From the NCBI GenBank assembly GCA_964016885.1, contig OZ024740.1, forward strand, positions 189,162,001 through 189,226,000: a stretch of DNA of 64,000 bases. The letters are read 5' to 3'. Of the stretch, positions 15,730-32,050 are shown piece after piece. Numbering within the stretch: the stretch's first letter is position 1; the number at the start of each line of letters is the position of its first letter. Under the pieces are notes generated by a model, which was given only the letters and a program-made list of their open reading frames with translations, was not told where the DNA came from and did not search any database. This DNA is from Eledone cirrhosa (taxonomy: Eukaryota). The translations under genes were made by a program, and so were the position numbers.

Positions 15730-16300
15730 GGAGATGTTTGTATTTGCGTGTGTAAAAGAAAGATAGCGATAGAGAATGTGTGTGTTTGTAAGATAGAAAT
15801 AGAAAGAGTTTTGGTGTCAGAAAGTCAGATCGATATCAGGTCCGTACAAAAAGGGGACATTTACAAGACGTGACGGCGGGGGGTTTTACATACAAATCAT
15901 ATAACTTTAACATTAATAAATAACAATAAACTATATATAATAAAATAACAATTGAAATCCCTAATAGGGGGGGAACGTTACTGCAGGGTTGTTTCATAGA
16001 TAGATAGATAGATAGAGAGAGTTTGTACATTGTTAGGAAGACGGATAAAGAAAGTGTGAGTTTTTCTCTCAGAGAAAGAAAGAAAGAGAGAGAGAGTTGG
16101 TGTGTATATGTGTGTAATGATGCGGTTAGAAAAGAAAACAGTGAAATAGCATTATAGTATTATTATTACACAACCACTGGGCATTCCTCGGTTGTTCTTT
16201 TGTTTTTTAATTTAAAATGTCTTCCAATGTGAATTAGTTCCTTATTTACAAAAGCATTTGGCTTGGTTTAGACGCATTCAAACACAAACATAGGTATATA

Positions 16301-16467
16301 TAAGGAAGGAAATGTGGTAAGGACCAGGTGGACCATAACGCACCAAAGTACTCAATACTTAGGGTAGTAGAGTGGGTAATAGGAACGAGTAGGACCCCTA
16401 ATTCTGGACTTAGTCCAGAATTAGCCGTCGAAACGGCTTGAGCTCAGCCGTCGGGGTCCTACTCGTT

Positions 16468-16471
<4 letters not shown>
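16301..16471 (-). mobile_element. Fold-back element, family shared with 20911, 35461 and the 10496-10530 tail fragment
   Basis: Shared tail ggaaatgtggtaaggaccaggtggaccataacgcacc..., inverted arms with an internal deletion, ends in (TA)n. Confidence 0.8.
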
Positions 16472-16517
<46 letters not shown>

Positions 16518-16609
16518 CATGTATGTACGTATGTATGTATGTATGTATGTATGTATGTATGTATGTATTATGTGTTTGTGTGTGTGTAAGTTTGTTTTGT
16601 ATATATATG

Positions 16610-16678
<69 letters not shown>

Positions 16679-16731
16679 TTGTGTGTGTAAGAAACTACAG
16701 GAGACGATATGAAGCAACAACTTCATATGCT

Positions 16732-16762
<31 letters not shown>

Positions 16763-17155
16763 CACACACATACACTCCCTCTCCCTCTCTCTGCCTCTCG
16801 CTCATTTTTTTTTTTCATGTCTCACCACCGGCACATCTACGACTACCTTACTACCACTACCACCACCACCACCACCACCACCACCATCACCAACATCACC
16901 ACCCTCCATCACCACCCCTCATCCCACTTCCTCACCATCACCACTGTCACCACCATATAACAACTAACCATATATAACCACCAACCAATACTACAATCGC
17001 TTTTGTTGGCACCACCGTTTCATAAGAAATCGAAGAGACGGCAAACTTACTCGCTGTGCTACTGCAACTGTACAGTGCCGTGGAGGTGCAAAGAGCAAGC
17101 ACACACACATACATATATACACGTGCGTGTATTTGTTGTGTATATGTATGTATGT

Positions 17156-17204
<49 letters not shown>

Positions 17205-17250
17205 CACACATACACATACACACATATATATATATGTGTATGTGTGTATG

Positions 17251-17284
<34 letters not shown>

Positions 17285-17294
17285 GGTGTGTGTG

Positions 17295-17325
<31 letters not shown>

Positions 17326-17326
17326 G

Positions 17327-17399
<73 letters not shown>

Positions 17400-17400
17400 T

Positions 17401-17485
<85 letters not shown>

Positions 17486-17524
17486 ATATATATATGTGTG
17501 TGTATATATATATATATATATATT

Positions 17525-17558
<34 letters not shown>

Positions 17559-17621
17559 GGAAGAAAATATTCGACCCTAAGCTCCTAAGGTATCTGCTCG
17601 TGACTTCACTCAGACTAGTCT

Positions 17622-17704
<83 letters not shown>

Positions 17705-17845
17705 AGTGCGTGTATTTATATATATATATATATATATATTCTTACATATATATATATGTTTGTGAGTGTATACGGACACGGATATATATCGATGTAGAAC
17801 ACACGCACGTGCGTGTGTGTATAGTTATATACACACACGCACGTG

Positions 17846-17896
<51 letters not shown>

Positions 17897-18305
17897 ACAT
17901 ACGCACACTGATATATAGAGACATGGGGAATGATATATGTATATACGTTGAACAGTGATAAATAAATAAATAAATAAATAAATAATAAAAAAGAAAAGAA
18001 ATAGGAGAGGTAAAGGACCAAGGAAAGTGTGAGTAATAGTGAACGTGAGTGTTAATGTATATGTGTGGGTATGTTTTGATTCTATGTGTGTGTGTGTGTG
18101 TGTATGAAAAAGGGAAGGCGGGGGAGAAACGACTGAACGAAGGCGAGGGGGGGGGTAAATACAGGGTGAGGAAGGTGGTGTTTGTATGTGTGTATGTGTG
18201 TGTTTAGGTGCTTGTGTGTGTATGCGTCAGTGTATGTGTAAAAGAATGGTGTGTCTATATGTGTGCAAAAGGGAGAGTATGTGTGTATTTGCGTGTGTAA
18301 GTGAG

Positions 18306-18343
<38 letters not shown>

Positions 18344-19077
18344 TGCGTGTATGTGTATGCAAGCTTAAGTGTGTGTGCATGTGCGTGTTTGTATGTATGT
18401 AATGTATGAGAGAGAGAGAGAGAGAGTGTGTCTGTGTCTGTGCGTAAGAAAAAGAGAGAGTATGTATGTGTGTATGAGTGAGTGAGAGTGTATGTATGTA
18501 TGTCTGTCTGTATGTATGTATGTCTGTATGTATGTATGTATGTATGTATGTATGTGTGCGTGTGATTATGTATTCGAGGGTGTTTGTGTGTGTATACGTG
18601 TGTGAGTGTGCGAATATTCTGTGAATGAATGAATGAATGAATGAGTAAGCGAGTAAGTGAGTGAGTGAGTGAGGGTGAACGAAGAGGAGAGAGTGAGTGG
18701 TGGTTGATGGTTGGTTGGTGGCTGGCTGGTTGGTTGGTTGGTGGTGTAAGCAGTGTTTTGTGCCACAATTATGAAGCACCTTTGGATCAGACACTTTGAA
18801 TTTACCTTCTATCTCTGGCTTTTTGTCATTTTAATACAATGTATATATGCCACATTCTATAGGAGGAAACCTTCTCCAGGTAAAGGTAAAATGTCTTACC
18901 TTACACTCATTCATTCATTCATTTTTTTCTTTTTTTTCTCTCGGACTGTCGTTCTTTCTTTCTATATTTCTTTCTTTCTTTCTTACTTTCTGCCAATTCT
19001 TCCTTTTTCTGAAATAACAACATTCGTTGCTTAACATGCATATATATATATATATATTGGTTTATTTCTATATTTTG

Positions 19078-19161
<84 letters not shown>

Positions 19162-19180
19162 TATGTATATATATATACAC

Positions 19181-19227
<47 letters not shown>

Positions 19228-19324
19228 GATGTATATACGTATATATATATATAATACATATATATATATACATGTATATGTTATATATATATATATGTAA
19301 TATATATATATATATATGTATATA

Positions 19325-19367
<43 letters not shown>

Positions 19368-19453
19368 GTAATATATATATATGTAATATATATAAACGTA
19401 TATATATGTTATATATATATATGTATATATATGTATATATATGTATATATATG

Positions 19454-19491
<38 letters not shown>

Positions 19492-19547
19492 TATGTTATA
19501 TATATATATATGTTATATATATATATATGTTATATATATATATATGT

Positions 19548-19578
<31 letters not shown>

Positions 19579-19901
19579 GTATATATATATGTATATATAT
19601 ATACATATATATATATGTATATATATACATATATATATATATGTATATATATGTATATATATATATATATATAACACATGTATATATTATAATATATACA
19701 CATGTATATATTATATATATATACATGTATATATAATACATATATATACATTTATATATACATGTATATATAATACATATATATGTATATATAATATATA
19801 TATTATATATATATATCTATAATTGATATATCTATAATGACAGACGGTATATGATGATGATATACACACAATGTATATATATATATTTACATACACACAC
19901 A

Positions 19902-19943
<42 letters not shown>

Positions 19944-20910
19944 CTATTATATCTACATATATGAATGATATATGACAAGTATATACATACATACATACAT
20001 ACATACATACATACATACATACATACAATCCGAACAAGGGTTTAGAGATATAAGTGACGGAAATAGAGAAAGATTTATTTAACAAATATCCTAATAAAAG
20101 TGTTAGAAATAATAAGTGAAAAAGTCTAGGAGAAAGTGATAAAATGTTAAACGAAGAGAATACTTGAAAGTTCTGTCTCGTAATATCAAAGATAAGCATT
20201 TGTTGGCGAAATTTTTTCATTAAATTTTTTTTTTTTTTTTAATGTGGTTTATATGCTTCGTTGGTTCTTCTTCTTCTTCTTCTTCTTCTTCTTCTTTCAT
20301 TTTTTTTTTACGAGCTTTCCCCCCTTTTTTTTCGGCCTTTCTCTCCGTTATCTAGCTAGCCATTCCGTATGTATGTATGTATATGTGTATGTATGTACGT
20401 ACGTATGAATGTATATATTTACACGTACTTGCGTGAGCGTGTATATTTTTATCTAACGAATGAGTATGTATGTATATAAATAAATGTATACGTGTATGCT
20501 TGTGTGTAATATATGTGTATATGAATATGTATACATCTGTGAAAATATGCATGTAAGTATGCATAAATATATGTATGTTGTCTGTTTGTAAGTAATGTGT
20601 GTGTATATGGATCAATGTATGGCACACTGGATATTCTTCGCTTTCCTCTATTTAATACTTTTATTCAATCACCTATTCTAAAGGTCCAAGAGTTCTATTT
20701 CTGGTGTTAGCATACAGGAAGTCACGTGGCCTAGTGGTTAGGGTGTTGGCTCACGATCATAAAGCCATGCGTTCGATTCCTGGCTTCGCCTTGTGTCTTT
20801 TATTACTCGTTGTTATTTTGCCAGGAGTTACAACCGGCAGACAGTATCAGCAATGGATGTATTGTTTCCTAGGTTCGATCTGACGATTTCCTTTTAAACA
20901 GACATATATA

Positions 20911-21120
20911 AAGAATAACTCACAAAGGAATTGTGGTAAGGACCAGATGGACCATAACGCACCAGAGTACCCAATACTTAGGGCAGTAGAGTTGGTAATA
21001 GGAGAAAGTATGACCCCGACGGCAGAGCTCAAGCCGTTTCGACGGCTATTTCTGGACTTTAGTCCAGAAATAGCCGTCGAAACGGCTTCAGCTCTGCCGT
21101 TGGGGTCATACTTTCTCCTA
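20911..21120 (-). mobile_element. Fold-back element with the 3' half of a hammerhead
   Basis: Near-perfect 60-bp arms 20999-21058 and 21061-21120, containing GAAA-CGGC..GCCG-UC-GGGGUC. Tail 20911-20998. Confidence 0.82.
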
Positions 21121-21133
21121 TATATATATATAA

Positions 21134-21209
<76 letters not shown>

Positions 21210-22053
21210 ACATACATATTCATTACATATATATATATATATAGATATACATTCATACATATATTTCTGTGTATATATAGATATGAGTGCATGTTTGTTT
21301 GTGTGTGTGTGTTTTCGTGCGTTCATAATGCCTGCTGCTCTATGTATAAAATAAAATAAATTGAAACATATTGAAAAATATATGCACGTGTGTGTATGTA
21401 TATATATATATATATATATATATTGGTTCTTTACTTTCTTTGACACAACTCGACTTTTATATTTACAAAGGTTTGCCGCACCTATCTAATATGCGAGCCA
21501 CTTTATGGTCACTTTCGTGCTAGAAACACCAGCCCGCCACCTTAAATCACACTCTACTATCTTAAATCAGGAAAGCGCATGAGATAATCTAGTATCGGAT
21601 ACATAACGGAGAAAAAGATGATATTAAAAAAAAAGCGGATGATCAGAGACTGTAGCACTTTTGATCATGGAGTGCACCATTAAAGCTGACCTGGGGTTAA
21701 ACAACGATCTAATAATCTAATACAATGTCAGTGGGATGAAGAATATCATCAGTCCATGTAAAATGTCTTTAAGTTGATCTTAGAGAAATATCTTGAAAAT
21801 AACCGATCTCTTGTTTACACATATATTAGACCACACACACACACTGTGATGCCAATATACCGATATATGTACATAAAAATACTGATATGTGTGTGTATAC
21901 TTGTATTTATTTATGCGTGTGTGTAAACTTGTATTTATTTATGTGTGTGTGTGTGTGTATACTTGTATTTATTTATTTATATATGTGTATAATAGTTTTT
22001 AAATACGTAGATATGCAGACGATTATAGATATGCACGTTGCGACACCCACCCG

Positions 22054-22096
<43 letters not shown>

Positions 22097-22097
<1 letters not shown>

Positions 22098-22232
22098 AAT
22101 CCCGGGTTCAATTGAGGGTAACCACTAAGTAAGGTACTCAATACATTGCTAGAGTGTAAATATCAAACTTAATATAGAAATGGCTTCTACTTCTACAGTA
22201 CCAGAACTGTTTCATTCGAAAGAAATCGCCAA
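22097..22232 (-). mobile_element. Hammerhead + 3' stem-loop element; second copy at 37180-37300
   Basis: cccgggttcaat..gagggtaacca..aaggtactcaatacatt..agagtgtaaa..atggcttctac is shared between the copies. Hammerhead core is degenerate. Confidence 0.7.
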
Positions 22233-23338
22233 CACACACGCACACACACTCATATTTATATACACACTCATATATATATACACACTCATATATATACACA
22301 CACAAAGAAGTAAACCGATACACATAATATACATTTACGAGGGTGAATGTGAATTATATGTTATGTAAACTGAAAGTGAACGGGTCTCCGTCACTTTCGT
22401 GGTGAATATTACAGTTGTTCGATAAATTGAACTGTCAACTCATTGAATTCTAGTGGAAGTGGCTGAGTATTCCAGATTCATATTGTGCCCTTTACAATAT
22501 TCTCGGGCAAAATCTGTGTGGCATACTATATGACAAGACTGTCCCTTTGAATTACGGACACCGTCCAGTTGATTAGTGTCCACACAGTATATATGGTTAC
22601 CCAGTTTCATTCACAAGGACTTGGAGCGACTTGACCCAGGTCTTTGCTAAAATACACTTCCCAAGCTACCACACAGTGGGATCGAACACGAGTTCTCACA
22701 TTGCGAAACGAATGTCTTAATCATTTAGCCAGCGTACGTGTATAAATGTAAACACACAGAAGTATGTGTATGTGTATTTGTGTGTGTGTGTGTGTATGTG
22801 TGTGTGTGTGTGTATGTGCAACTTTCATATAAATTACATGTAATTACATGCATACTTGCGTGCATACACACATACGTACACATAAACGCACACATGCGCG
22901 TGCATACACACACATGCGCATGCACACTCACACACACTCACTCACCTGCTAAAGTAAGATATTAGTTTTAGACTTATGTCGTCACTATTGGTAACAATTT
23001 TACTTTTTAATTAATTAACAATCTAATAACTTTTGACTACTTATCTTTACTACTCTATTATTATCACCACCACCGACACCACCACCACCACCACCACCGC
23101 CGCCGCCGCCGCCACCAATACCATCATTATATATATATATTGGTGTTGGTGATCATCATCATCATCATCATCATCATCATTATTACATTATTGGCTTTCA
23201 TAATATACTTGATTGGTTCTTCCTGTCAACTTCCCGCTCAACCAGCCCCAACCCTCCAGACATTCATCTTCAAAATCACTACCCCCCCCCCCACTGTATA
23301 GTAACAACAACAGCAATAATAATAACAATAATAATAAT

Positions 23339-23525
23339 CGTTTCTACTTTTGGCACAAGGCCAGCAATTAACCAGTACATTACTGGTACTTTATTTTATC
23401 GACCCCGTAAGGATGAAAGGCAAAGTTAACCTCGGCGGGATTTGAACTCAGATCGTAAAGGGACGTAACTATGCTGGAAAGCATGGCGTCCGACCTTTTA
23501 CCGATACTGCCAATTCACCGCCCTT
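23339..23525 (-). mobile_element. SINE family 1 copy
   Basis: Full-length match to the other copies. Confidence 0.85.
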
Positions 23526-23944
23526 AACAATAATAATAATGACATCAAAAGTAGAGATGGTTTCAATGGTATTGATTTCTTTATTGTTTTTAAGTACTGA
23601 TTAAACAATATAATAGATATTACTTACACTGTGTTCTTAGTTATTACAAGAGGCCCATGAAATAGTAGGGTGGGTAGTTTAATACAGCAATAAAGTAGGA
23701 GGTATTTACATCAAGTAATATATGGAGATCAACAACAACAACAGCATTAAAATGCATATTAATAAGATAATGAGAAATAGCAAGAATAATACAGAACAAC
23801 ACTATAACCGTTCTAAGTTGTGATCAATTTTTACATCTTCATTATTTATATAAGTAAACACCACTGCATTTCTAATCAGATAAAAAGAGACTACACTCAC
23901 ATATATATGTATACACACGCATATACACACATATGTACACACAT

Positions 23945-23987
<43 letters not shown>

Positions 23988-24018
23988 CTCACACCCACAT
24001 ACAGACACACATATATAT

Positions 24019-24081
<63 letters not shown>

Positions 24082-24148
24082 AATATGTTTATATACATAT
24101 ATATATATATGTATATATACATATATGTATATAAATATGTATATATAC

Positions 24149-24179
<31 letters not shown>

Positions 24180-24441
24180 TGTATATATATATGTATATAT
24201 ACATATATGTATATATATGTGCATATATACATGTATGTATGTATATATATGTATATATATGTATATATATGTGTATATATATATATATGTATATATATAT
24301 ATGTGTATATATATATATATATGTATATATATGTGTATATATATATATATATATGTGTATATATATACATATATATATATGTGTTCTGTTATTATTTCTG
24401 GCAATATTATTACAACATTATGACCCTCCCCAAGTATAACA

Positions 24442-24475
<34 letters not shown>

Positions 24476-25458
24476 GTCGTCTCCTTGCTGTTGCGTATTG
24501 TTGTTGTTATTGTTCTTTGACCCCACTCACCACCCATCAATCATATCAATCAATGAATCAATATACTTAAGCTTACTGATCGATAACACTGTGCTTACTA
24601 ATTTATCATTTCCACTTGATTGACTGATAGCTTTATCGGATGGCTCGATTAATTGTTTTCTTCCCCCTCTCACTATTTCCTTTACTCTCTCTCTCTCCCT
24701 CTCCCTCTCCCCCTCCCCCCTCGCCCCATCCCTCTCCCTATCTCACTCTCTATCCCTCTCCCTCTGTCACTCCCTCCCTCTCCCTCTCTCTCCCCTCTCC
24801 CCCACCATCCCCATCCCTCTCTCACACCCCCATCCCACCCCACTATCTCTCTCTCTTTATATATTGAAGACTAAATTCCAAAGAGGGCTCGATAAGGATA
24901 AATATATATGAAATATATAAGAACCGTAGAGCAAATAACAAATTAAAGTTTAAGCAATGAATCGCTGCTTAACGGGATCTACTGAAACTAAAAAAGTCAA
25001 TCTGTCAACGCAAAAGTAAATATTTCAAAAAACGTTGCAACCGGAGGAAGACAGGAAGACGATACTTTTGTTCGTGGAAACGTTCCCTGGCAAAGAACGA
25101 AAAAAAAACGAAGATAACATATATATATATATATATATCAACCGCCGTTCATTCAATTACTTTAACTCGCTCTAAATTTCACTAACTTTCTCTGTCCTCA
25201 AACTCAAACACACCAACACATACTCGTTAACTGAAAAATACACTCACATGCATATAAAGCGAAAGAAAGTAGTCAATACCACTAGACAGAGCAAAATATT
25301 ATTTATTCAAAGCTGGGTTTGTGCGTCAGTTACATCGAGTTACTTTTTCCCTTTTGATACCACGCCTGACTATCGGAACCGAGAAACATCAAATACATTT
25401 TTTCTGGTTTTAATTTTTTGTAAGGGAGAGAAATGGATGAGAAAAATGTGAAACTAAT

Positions 25459-25636
25459 AATTGTTTCTACTTTTGGCTCAAGGCCAGCAATTACCCAGTA
25501 CATTCATGGTACTTTATTTTATCGACCCCGTTAGGATGAAAGGCAAAGTTAACCTCGACGGGATTTGAACTTAGACCGTAAAGGGACGTAACTATGCTAG
25601 AAAGCATGGCGTCCAACCCTCTACCGATACTGCCAA
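25459..25636 (-). mobile_element. SINE family 1 copy
   Basis: Full-length match. The flanks share gtgaaactaataat, a probable target-site duplication. Confidence 0.85.
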
Positions 25637-26381
25637 TGTGAAACTAATAATAAAGACAAAACACTTTATAAGTATTTAATATACCTCATATTCTTTCGAG
25701 GTCGATAAAAAAGTATCAGTCTAATACTAGGATGAATTCTTCTTCTATATCTCTTTCTCATTTCCAATCTCTCTCACTTTCTATCCTTCTCTGGAAGAAA
25801 TCTGTTATATTCAGACATGGAGAGGGATGGGATCCACCAGGATTCAATGCCCAAGAAACGCCATATACCACTACGGCGCCTCTACCATTCCCTTGCGGGT
25901 TACAAGACCATGCCATAACAGATGTGTTTAATTATAACATTACTAAATCTGCAGACGGACATATGTTTCAGCATACGGGGCCTCATCAGTTTAGAAAATT
26001 ATTTGTGCGGTTCAATAAAAATAAAAAGAATGTGTTAAATTAATAAAATTATTGTATTGTTTCACTTCAGAAAGTAAGAGAGTTATGTTGAGTTGTAAAA
26101 TAGAAGTGACAGATATTTATTTCTTTGTTTCTGCCAAACGTATGGGGCAGTTAATTAGAAATTCAAATATTGGACAAGATTCCTTGCGGAAAATTTCCAT
26201 CTTGCCTTTTTTGGTATCAGGCATTATTGTGTATCTTCATGAGGGACACACATGGTCCCATGCCCAGTTTCTGACTACTGTCTGGAACATGTATATGACG
26301 TAACTTTGGCAGGCGTATTGGAACTTTATTCAGATTGTGGTTGAAATTCTTTCTTCTCGATGTTATTTTGTATCTGTTCGC

Positions 26382-26460
<79 letters not shown>

Positions 26461-26752
26461 TTCCTACTATATCAAACGTTGAACTAATATATAACTTCAA
26501 TTGCACTGTAGTATATGTATATATATATATATATTTATATATTTATATATATATATATATATTTATATATAATAGAATATAAAAGAAAAACGAACACAGC
26601 TATATACATATATGTGTTCAAATCGTAAGGGACCGGATTCGCTAAGGGTGAAAAGAATACTAACTATAGACAATTGGGTTTGCTTGTCTCTTTCTTAGAG
26701 CTATTTTGTTGTAAGAGACTATTTTGAGTTCCTAACTCAATATATAACTTTG

Positions 26753-26861
<109 letters not shown>

Positions 26862-26985
26862 GTAGGAGGTGAGTTTTATTGTAGCACAATAAAGCAATGC
26901 AAATATCGGATAAGTAGCACTCAACAGTTTATAGGACTGGAGTATAAATAATATAAAATCAAAAGATGGTTAAAAGAATTCCATG

Positions 26986-27056
26986 TATTTTATTATGCGC
27001 ATTTCAAAAACAAATATCATCATGGGATGATATTTACGTTCTCATCAGATAAAATA
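26986..27056 (-). ncRNA. Type I hammerhead ribozyme (inverted twin of 27184-27254)
   Basis: Reverse-complement copy with the same core and stems; differences lie in stem/loop II. Confidence 0.82.
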
Positions 27057-27183
27057 GTTCTCATCAGATAAAATAGGGAGACTTAAAAAACACTTGCGAG
27101 CAGTGAAGTGTTAAATCAATATATGTTGATTTAACACTTCACTGCTCGCAAGAGTGTTTTTTAAGCTTCATATCATGTCTCCC

Positions 27184-27254
27184 TATTTTATCTGATGAGA
27201 ACGCAAATATCACCCTATAATGATATTTGTTTTTGAAATGCGCATAATAAAATA
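27184..27254 (+). ncRNA. Type I hammerhead ribozyme
   Basis: UAUUUUAU-CUGAUGA-GAACGCAAAUAUCA cccuauaa UGAUAUUUGUUUUU-GAAA-UGCGCA-UA-AUAAAAUA: 8-bp stem I, palindromic stem III AUGCGCAU. Confidence 0.85.
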
Positions 27255-27754
27255 CATGGAACTCTTTTAACCATCTTTTGATTTTATATTATATTGTATA
27301 TATATATATATATAATATATATATATACACACAGGCACACACGTGGGCTACTGACCATCTTCTTACTTTAATTTTTGACTTCTCTTTTCGTTATTTCTTC
27401 CCCCTCCCTCTACATATTTTAACCGAGAAAGCATCTTGGCTGAAACGTCACTTTTCTGAGCATCAGATTCAAAAGTCTGATTTTCGTCCCATTTTTCTTT
27501 ATGGCATATGATTGAGGTACATTCTTCTCGTGTGTTGAATTTGACGTCAAGTTAATGTAGCGACTACTTATGGAGGGGCAGTGCGTCTACAACAACAACA
27601 ACTACTACTACTACCACTACCAAAACTACTATTCATACACACGAAGGGCTTTGGCATAGTTTACCGCTCATAAATCATCTTTCAATCTGAGGCTATAGTA
27701 AAGACACGTCGTGCGAAACGAACTTCTTAACCACAAAACGATGAGCGTTTGTGT

Positions 27755-28075
27755 TGCTATTCCGTCGGTTTCGACGACGAGTGTTCCAGTTGTTTGATCA
27801 AGAAAATAACCTCATTGTGATATTTTAATTGCAAGTAGCTGAGCATTCCACCAACACGAGTTAGCCTATCGCAGTTCTCAGGCAGATTCAGCGTGCCACT
27901 GTGTATAGCTCGGCTGGTTAATTGAATTTTAAGGATATCTTATTTGTTGCCAACTGAGTGGTTTGGAGCAATGTGAAATAAAGTAACTTGCTCAAAGACA
28001 CAACGTGCCACTAGTATTTGAACTCACAACCTAAGATTATGAGCCAAACATCCGAAACATTAAACCACGTACCGT
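27755..28075 (-). mobile_element. tRNA-derived SINE (family 2, CORE-like); copies at ~22455-22730 and ~42840-43085
   Basis: Shared gctgagtattcca..gattcagcgtg..gaattacagg..cttgctcaaagacacaacg..gaactcac blocks. Confidence 0.65.
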
Positions 28076-28269
28076 CACACTTCTGGCGTACACTTCTATG
28101 AATATCTAATAATCGCTTATGAAGGTTCGTGGGAATTTCCGACAATCCAATTGTATTTTACTGTATGAACTGATTGAAATTGAAAAAGTTAACACCCCCA
28201 CCAATATAACTGTATCATCTCTCCCTTTTTCTTCTATCCCTCTCGTTCTCTCACACTTCGGCGCTCACA

Positions 28270-28867
<598 letters not shown>

Positions 28868-29611
28868 ATATGTGTGTGTGTGTATTTGTATATGTGTCAG
28901 TGTGTGTGTACATACGTCTTCACATGCACACCAAACATTCAGTATGTGAATAAAATGAATATAGCTCTCTGTGAATTACAGATGTATATAAGTACGTGTG
29001 TGCATGCGTGTATATATATATTTACACACGCGCTCGCGTTCCTACATGTGTACGCATGCATGCGCTCTTGTATAAATTCTATGACAGTAGGTTATTGACA
29101 GTTTTTCTCTGCATATATATTGGTGGCACCACAGATGAATAGCTAGCCTCTGCGGATAACTGACTCTGCTTGATAAATTTATTGCAATTCCCTTTTTCTA
29201 TCTCCAGCACTGTCTTACACACATTACATGGATTTACATACATACACATACATATGCATACATATAGACACACACATACATAGCTACCTATTTTAAGTTG
29301 TGGATTGTAGTCAAATCCATTGTTTCAGTACATTACTGGTACTTAGTTTATTAATATGTGTGTGGAGTGTACATTATATACATATATATATATCGGTGTG
29401 TATATATATATATATATATGTGTGTATATGTGTATGTATATATATTTATATATGTTATACACACTACACGCATGCATACATACAGAATATCAAGGAAACA
29501 AGCATTACATGTTATGTCTTCATCTGATTCTGTGACTGTGTGTTTGCTTGCGTGCGTATTCATGTATGTGTGACTGTTTGTATATATATATATATATATA
29601 TATAAATATAT

Positions 29612-29720
<109 letters not shown>

Positions 29721-30098
29721 CGCATATGAACGCATCCATGCTGATAATGTTTACACATATGTGTATGGCAAATTAATGTAAATGTCAATATGAAAATATT
29801 TATATATTTGAATATCTAGATAAATCAGTGTCAGTCGATCTATTTTCTTGCCCACCTGCTCTCTTCCTTACAATACAATTTGAGAGGCTGCAAAGATCAA
29901 TAAACTGTTACTCCCATGACGTTTTCACGGCTGGAATTAATTTGTTGTTCTTGCATCAATTTTATTTAAAAAAAAAAAGTTAAGGATAGTGAGGCGGTTT
30001 TTTAAAGGAAATTTGGCTGATATTATTAGCAAGTTGAGTGACTGCATAGAGGCTTCCTTGTCTTATTGATATTTAGTATTCGTTATGTGTTCCGAACA

Positions 30099-30325
30099 AG
30101 GCGGCGAATTGGCAGAGTCGTTAGAACGTAAGATAGAATGCTTTGCGGCATTCGTTTCGGCTCTCTATAGTCTGAGTTCAAATCCCGCCGAGGTCAACTT
30201 TGCCTTTCATCAATTCGAGATTGTTAAAAGAAAGTACCAGTCAAGTACTGCGGTCGATTTTTCTATATCTCTTTCACATTTCCATTCTCTCACTTTCTAT
30301 TCTTCTCTGGAAGAAATCTGTTGTG
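30099..30325 (+). mobile_element. SINE, family 1 head with an alternative 3' part (also ~1125-1250 minus and ~25695-25806 plus)
   Basis: Same B box and core, followed by ttctatatctctttc..ttcca.tctctcactttctat..ttctctggaagaaatctg. Confidence 0.7.
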
Positions 30326-31414
30326 AGGAGATGGTTTTTCCTCGGGTTTGGAAATGCACTAGAAATGTATGTTAATACAGTGCCCCTCTATTCCCCAGGA
30401 GTTACGTGAGCAGAGATAGGTGTGTTCTGAGCAGTAGCTAGCGAGCGAAGGTCTGGAACCTATCAACCACTCAACATCGGTGATCTTTAAGACATATAAA
30501 AAATATATTGCATCTTTCACTGTGATACAGTGATATCCTGAAACTGCTAACGAACTTGTGATCTGTGAGCTAGCTGCTTGTCCAATCAATCATCACAACG
30601 TGATTGATTATCTCATCATTTAGCTTCTCAATTTTTATTTAATTGTTTATTTATTTACTTGTTGCTAGCTTTAACTCACTCCCGCACACACATTCTCACA
30701 CACTCTCATACAGTGTTTCTTTCTCATATTCTCTCTGTTTCACTCTCTTTTCGACTTCTCTTGTATTTTATAGTATGGTATGTTAGAGAAAATAGATACT
30801 AGAATTAGTAATATGACATGATACGACACATTCTTATATTGTTTGTGATGAGGGTGTTAACAATTGAGGTTATGTGGCCATCTATGGATAGGAGAAACCA
30901 GAATCTCGACTAAAAGAAAAGAAACAAAACAAGCAATCGTGAAAGTATTTTAAACAAAATTGAAACAGCACAAACACACACATACACATATCGATTAGGG
31001 TGGTATTTTGAGTTAATAGAATTTTAATAGAATTTTAGACTAACTGAATTAACGATCACCTTCAACCCCGTCTCCTTCTCTCTTCTAACCACTCCTGACT
31101 TGATAAACCGTGTCTATGAAACACGGTATTTTATTCCTTAAAGTATTCTTTCTCATCATTACATAAGTGAATGACAAAACAAATGTTAGGGAAAACAGTA
31201 CTCTTTCCGCCACTACAACCATTAATTACTACAACACAAATCTTAAGCTTAATGCAGTAGCTACCAGATATTTTGGGTAACGGTCGCTTAGTACACAGGC
31301 GTGTGATAGAGAGAGGAAGAACGAGAGAGAGAATTGTGGACATGGATGCATGTATGCTGTGGTGTTAGTGAAGATACACAGTGTACACTCAATATGAGTG
31401 TAATTTCGAAATGG

Positions 31415-31482
<68 letters not shown>

Positions 31483-31591
31483 GGCGGATGGAAAAAAGAA
31501 TACTCAATACTGAGGAAGTGTTTAAAAATTAATTTTATTTAGGCTATATTGTGAAGTTTCACCAGCTTTCTTACAGGGTCAGCCGACAAGA

Positions 31592-31626
<35 letters not shown>

Positions 31627-32013
31627 CATGTGCGCGCGCGCGTGTGTGTGTGCGTGTGCGTTAGCGTGTTTATCAAGACCTGTGTGTAATTGTATATATA
31701 TGACTGTGCTAAGTGAGGAAGGATGTTGTCTTTAATAGATGCCATAGTTTGCTAATGTTTCTGAATATATAAAACACAGGTAGGTATTTAGACCGATTGA
31801 CACATACGCACACATTGATAATTAGTTTAAATAATACATAGACATAGAGAGATAGAGAGAGAGAGAGGTGTGAGGACAACGGCGTATGTATATTTGACAT
31901 ACGAGAATATTTTGTGTATGGAATATTCAATGAATACATACACATGTATTTGTCCCACAAGCCAGAAGTTCTTACACTTCTTACATTATCACACACCAAC
32001 GTGCGTGCATACT

Positions 32014-32050
<37 letters not shown>

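Noticed and set aside
16838-16975. Poly-His/Thr ORFs (also ~12960-13070, ~40490-40620, ~41260-41330)
   Set aside because: Trinucleotide microsatellites with no exon evidence.
20716-20790. Possible tRNA gene (gtggcctagtggttagg...gttcgattcc)
   Set aside because: A and B boxes are present but I could not form a convincing cloverleaf or acceptor stem. More likely a SINE head.
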